A stretch of DNA of 63,026 bases, the filler included, from Licmophora abbreviata (Eukaryota), in NCBI GenBank assembly GCA_900291995.1. It is 17 parts of 17 records of this genome, joined end to end, with 100 filler letters (N's around TTAATTAATTAA, not from the genome) between each part and the next. Parts side by side here need not be neighbours in the genome. Positions count along the whole stretch, not along the records: positions 58,753 to 60,153 come from OLMU01003117.1; positions 60,254 to 63,026 come from OLMU01003118.1; 15 more parts are not named here. The stretch is one strand, 5' to 3'. Shown here in pieces: positions 60,036-63,026 of the stretch. The notes beneath the pieces were generated by a model, which saw only the letters and a program-made list of their open reading frames with translations, made no database searches and had not been told where the DNA came from. The stretch's first letter is position 1. Each line of letters begins with the position of its first letter. The translations under genes and the position numbers were made by a program.

Positions 60036-60801
60036 GCTAAGTATACTTTTCGTTCCGTTCCACACAGAACGTTTTGGTCTTTGTCGCTCCAAGGATGATA
60101 GGGCAGTAGCACAATTAGCGGTAGACTAGAACGTTTGAGGACACACACTATTCNNNNNNNNNNNNNNNNNNNNNNNNNNNNNNNNNNNNNNNNNNNNTTA
60201 ATTAATTAANNNNNNNNNNNNNNNNNNNNNNNNNNNNNNNNNNNNNNNNNNNNACCTTTGAGGACACACACTATTCTGCAAGAAGTAAAACAGGTGGGGG
60301 AAATAGGAGGCACCGAGGCACCGCCCTCTCGCGTGATGCCGAAATGGAACGCCAAACTTCGACGAAAGATGAGATCGACTGACTGACTCGACTCGAACTT
60401 CATACATCGGTCGAGGACACACGACAACCCCAAAGCCGTTCCTTCCGCTAGCATTATCACAAGGTATATACGTTTCAATATTAGACTCTAGAAGACACAG
60501 GAACGCTCGTTTACCGGGCTTGTACATTGGTGCCTCCAAAGTTCTTCTTCTTTAGAACTAGCTAGCTATAGCTAGCTACTACTCCGTATTAGCTAGATCA
60601 CAATTGAGATAGTTGGAGTCCCTAAAAGCGATGAAGACGACGAACGATCGGCCCTGTTGCCTCCCATCGGTGCACGATGTTCCTGTTGCACACATTCAAT
60701 GAGTGCAAGAAATATCCTCACTATAGTATCACATCCAAGCTCATAATCCCACTGACACGCGACAATGTAAATGTTGATGGCTTCTGATACATGCTTCATC
60801 T

Positions 60802-61248
60802 TCAATCGTCCTTTTTCGATTGCTCGGACGGAATAGAAACTTCCTTGGCTACAAGTCTGTACTTGTGCAGTTTGTCTTGAATATCCACCAGTCGGTTCAA
60901 TACAAAGAACAAAAAGAGTCCCATACCACTGATGAAGGCATTCCGCTCTTCCCGATACATGGCTTGTTTCACCTCACACGTAATGGCCATATCGATGGGC
61001 GAGAGTATTCCCAGATCGTGAAGCGGATGCAGCAAGGCCTTCCACACAAAGACAAAGTAGATGGCGTCGAGAAGCAAGAAGCCAATGCTAAAGTACTGGA
61101 CGGGCTGACTGTCCCAAAGGCCGGCGACAAAGGTGGTCAAGGTGCGTCGGACGTCGTTGGAGGGCATGGGCAAAATCAAGAGTGTCACCAGGAAGCCCTC
61201 GATCAGCATGAATAGCGTCAACACGAACCAACCGGGGTCTAGTTCCAT
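60802..61248 (-). CDS. BAP31: BAP31/BAP29 family ER membrane protein
   Basis: Three TMs; LIEGFLVTLLILPMP; YREERNAFISGMGLFLFFVLNRL; C-terminal KKDD ER-retrieval signal. Confidence 0.85.
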   Translation of the reverse strand: MELDPGWFVLTLFMLIEGFLVTLLILPMPSNDVRRTLTTFVAGLWDSQPVQYFSIGFLLLDAIYFVFVWKALLHPLHDLGILSPIDMAITCEVKQAMYREERNAFISGMGLFLFFVLNRLVDIQDKLHKYRLVAKEVSIPSEQSKKDD

Positions 61249-61653
61249 TCTTGTGAGAGAGTTTATACAAGCGAGAGAGAGAGCTTTGCAGCAACAACAA
61301 AGTTCCCATTAGTTTACAGGCGGCGTATGTCGTATGGCTCTCCGCCGATCTCATCAAATCACAAGGTCGTGCAGAATGTCAATGCGCGCTGGCCCGGTCG
61401 GGCGCGCCATTTTTCGTCACTGGTCCGATCGTCGCTCGTAAAACTCGTAACAAGTAACAACAAACCTTTTCCTTTAGCTCATAACCCTTTATAGTGAGAC
61501 AAACAGGACCAAAAAATTAAAAAAATACAGTCGCAACCATGATGATGATGATGGTCGTCGATGCCACAAGGCGATTGTGAGAATTTCCCCTAACCCCTTG
61601 GTTGCTTCTCTACTAGTAAAGTCGCCGAGAGCCTGTTGCTCCTTGACGGGAAA

Positions 61654-62640
61654 ATGAAAATGCTGAGGGATCGTTGTGATTTCTTACTTGTTGCGGCCAT
61701 ATCGATGCTGATTGTTGCGAATCTTTCTCTTGTCTTTTGGGCTCCAACGCTTTTAGAAAGTCCTTTCGGTACTACTATCACAAGCCTCACTGCATTCACG
61801 AATAGAACCAGCTCCAAGGGAATAATAGATAAATCAGACGAATTGGAGAAGTCGCCGCCATGGATCAGCGCACTGCAGATACCAGCCTCGACCCTCGCTT
61901 CCAGAAAAGATATGAGCCTCATCTCGAATACAGACGATATACAGGTTTCGATGGTCTGTATTGTTTCCATGATGCGCTCGTCATCTTCTTTTTTCTCTAA
62001 TCGGGTCATTGCGCATATGCCCTGTCACACTTCGCTGGACGAAATATTCCACTTAGATTCTCAAAGCTATCTAGAAGCCTGGGGGGAAGATGGAGTCTTC
62101 TTGAGCCTGCGACCTGAACCTTCGGAGAACTCTGCATCACAGCTAGCGCAAGTTGTCCTCCGCGCTGCCAGACGAAAGTGTCGGGCAAATTTGGAACGAT
62201 ATCCGCGTTCCCAACGCTTGTGTGCCAATCACTGCTGGGTCAACTGGAAACAATTCGACACACATTTTAACGACACGACGAAGATACATCTACATGGCCA
62301 AATTTGGAAACTCCTACAGCCGCATGATCTGAGTTTAGTCGTATTGGAGCGTCCTGTTCAAGATCGCTGGCCGTCCTACTGGTATGGAAAACAGACAGGA
62401 GACTGGAATCGCAGAGGCGACGAACAACACAAGACACAGCTGGCCGCCATGGCGATTCCAGAAATGGAAGCTGATTTTCGAAACAGTCATTTGCAGTGGT
62501 ATTCTTATGTGCGAAGCTTCCTCAGCTCCAACGACGATTTCCACTGGAAAGAGTATACGTTCGATCAGGTCACCAAGACTGATGTAGAGCAGACACAACA
62601 GACGCTCCGTGAATTCTTTTCTTCATCACGCTACCAGTAG
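61654..62640 (+). CDS. Type II membrane Stf0-like sulfotransferase
   Basis: N-terminal TM; MMRSSSSF (5'-PSB-like); VVLERPVQDRWPSYWYGKQTGDW resembles the Stf0 LxR..S...QTGxW motif. Confidence 0.6.
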   Translation: MKMLRDRCDFLLVAAISMLIVANLSLVFWAPTLLESPFGTTITSLTAFTNRTSSKGIIDKSDELEKSPPWISALQIPASTLASRKDMSLISNTDDIQVSMVCIVSMMRSSSSFFSNRVIAHMPCHTSLDEIFHLDSQSYLEAWGEDGVFLSLRPEPSENSASQLAQVVLRAARRKCRANLERYPRSQRLCANHCWVNWKQFDTHFNDTTKIHLHGQIWKLLQPHDLSLVVLERPVQDRWPSYWYGKQTGDWNRRGDEQHKTQLAAMAIPEMEADFRNSHLQWYSYVRSFLSSNDDFHWKEYTFDQVTKTDVEQTQQTLREFFSSSRYQ

Positions 62641-63026
62641 ACAATGTGTGTGTAAGTGTGTGTGTTCCATTCAGATACAAGACTTTGAAGAGGTTGGGCG
62701 GAAGCGGCTCGTGGGACGATTTCGTAACAAGCTTTTCGTTACGATTGTATACAGATACTCTTATATGCCCTTGGTTCACAGAACGAGTGGGAAGTTGTCG
62801 AAATTGCAAAACGAATGTGGTGCATGATACGAGAGGCGCATGAGTGTGAGTGATTAAAATGTATCTAGAGAGAGACAGGTCCGCTACTACCTGGTTTAAC
62901 TGCCTACAACACAATCACATATTTCGATGTCCTTCTCATCGTCGAGAGGCCGCGATCTCGCATGGCATCCGGCAGGTCAGGTCATTGGTCTGTTCATCGT
63001 CCGTACTGGGTGAGAAACTGGCAACA

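Noticed and set aside
3856..60253. Regularly recurring TTAATTAATTAA flanked by Ns as a repeat family or CRISPR-like array
   Set aside because: These are fixed 100-bp synthetic scaffold linkers with six-frame stops.

Overview
Eukaryotic nuclear DNA from a diatom or closely related ochrophyte. The evidence is an FCP/LHC gene with an ASAF-type bipartite plastid presequence, short GT-AG introns and about 50% GC. It is a scaffold of 17 contigs joined by 16 artificial 100-bp linkers (44N-TTAATTAATTAA-44N), and several adjacent contig ends overlap each other. About 30 protein genes are supportable: a TPR protein, two ExeM/NucH-like secreted EEP proteins, an HD-like protein, an LHC, an ankyrin-like protein, a GlpA/LhgO-like FAD-[2Fe-2S] oxidoreductase, DBP7 helicase, ABHD11, bacterial-type RtcB, two GH128 glucanases, PIG-T, an atypical Hsp70, an aldo-keto reductase, bL34m, a stand-alone lipoyl protein, a LURP/tubby-like protein, tandem V-ATPase c genes, AP-3 beta, a CENP-M-like protein, two sulfotransferase-like proteins, a PKDCC-like kinase, a 7TM GRL-like protein, a TM-RING-H2 ligase, a CSRNP-like protein and BAP31. 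At least six genes are split by single-base indels in short homopolymers, most likely sequencing errors. The most notable candidates are a gustatory/odorant-receptor-like 7TM ion channel, a CENP-M-like pseudo-GTPase, a pair of catalytically degenerate ExeM-like secreted proteins, an organelle-targeted bacterial-type RtcB and a lipoyl-domain-only mitochondrial protein. No rRNA, tRNA, CRISPR array or intact transposon was recognised. All family assignments are by motif recognition, not database search.
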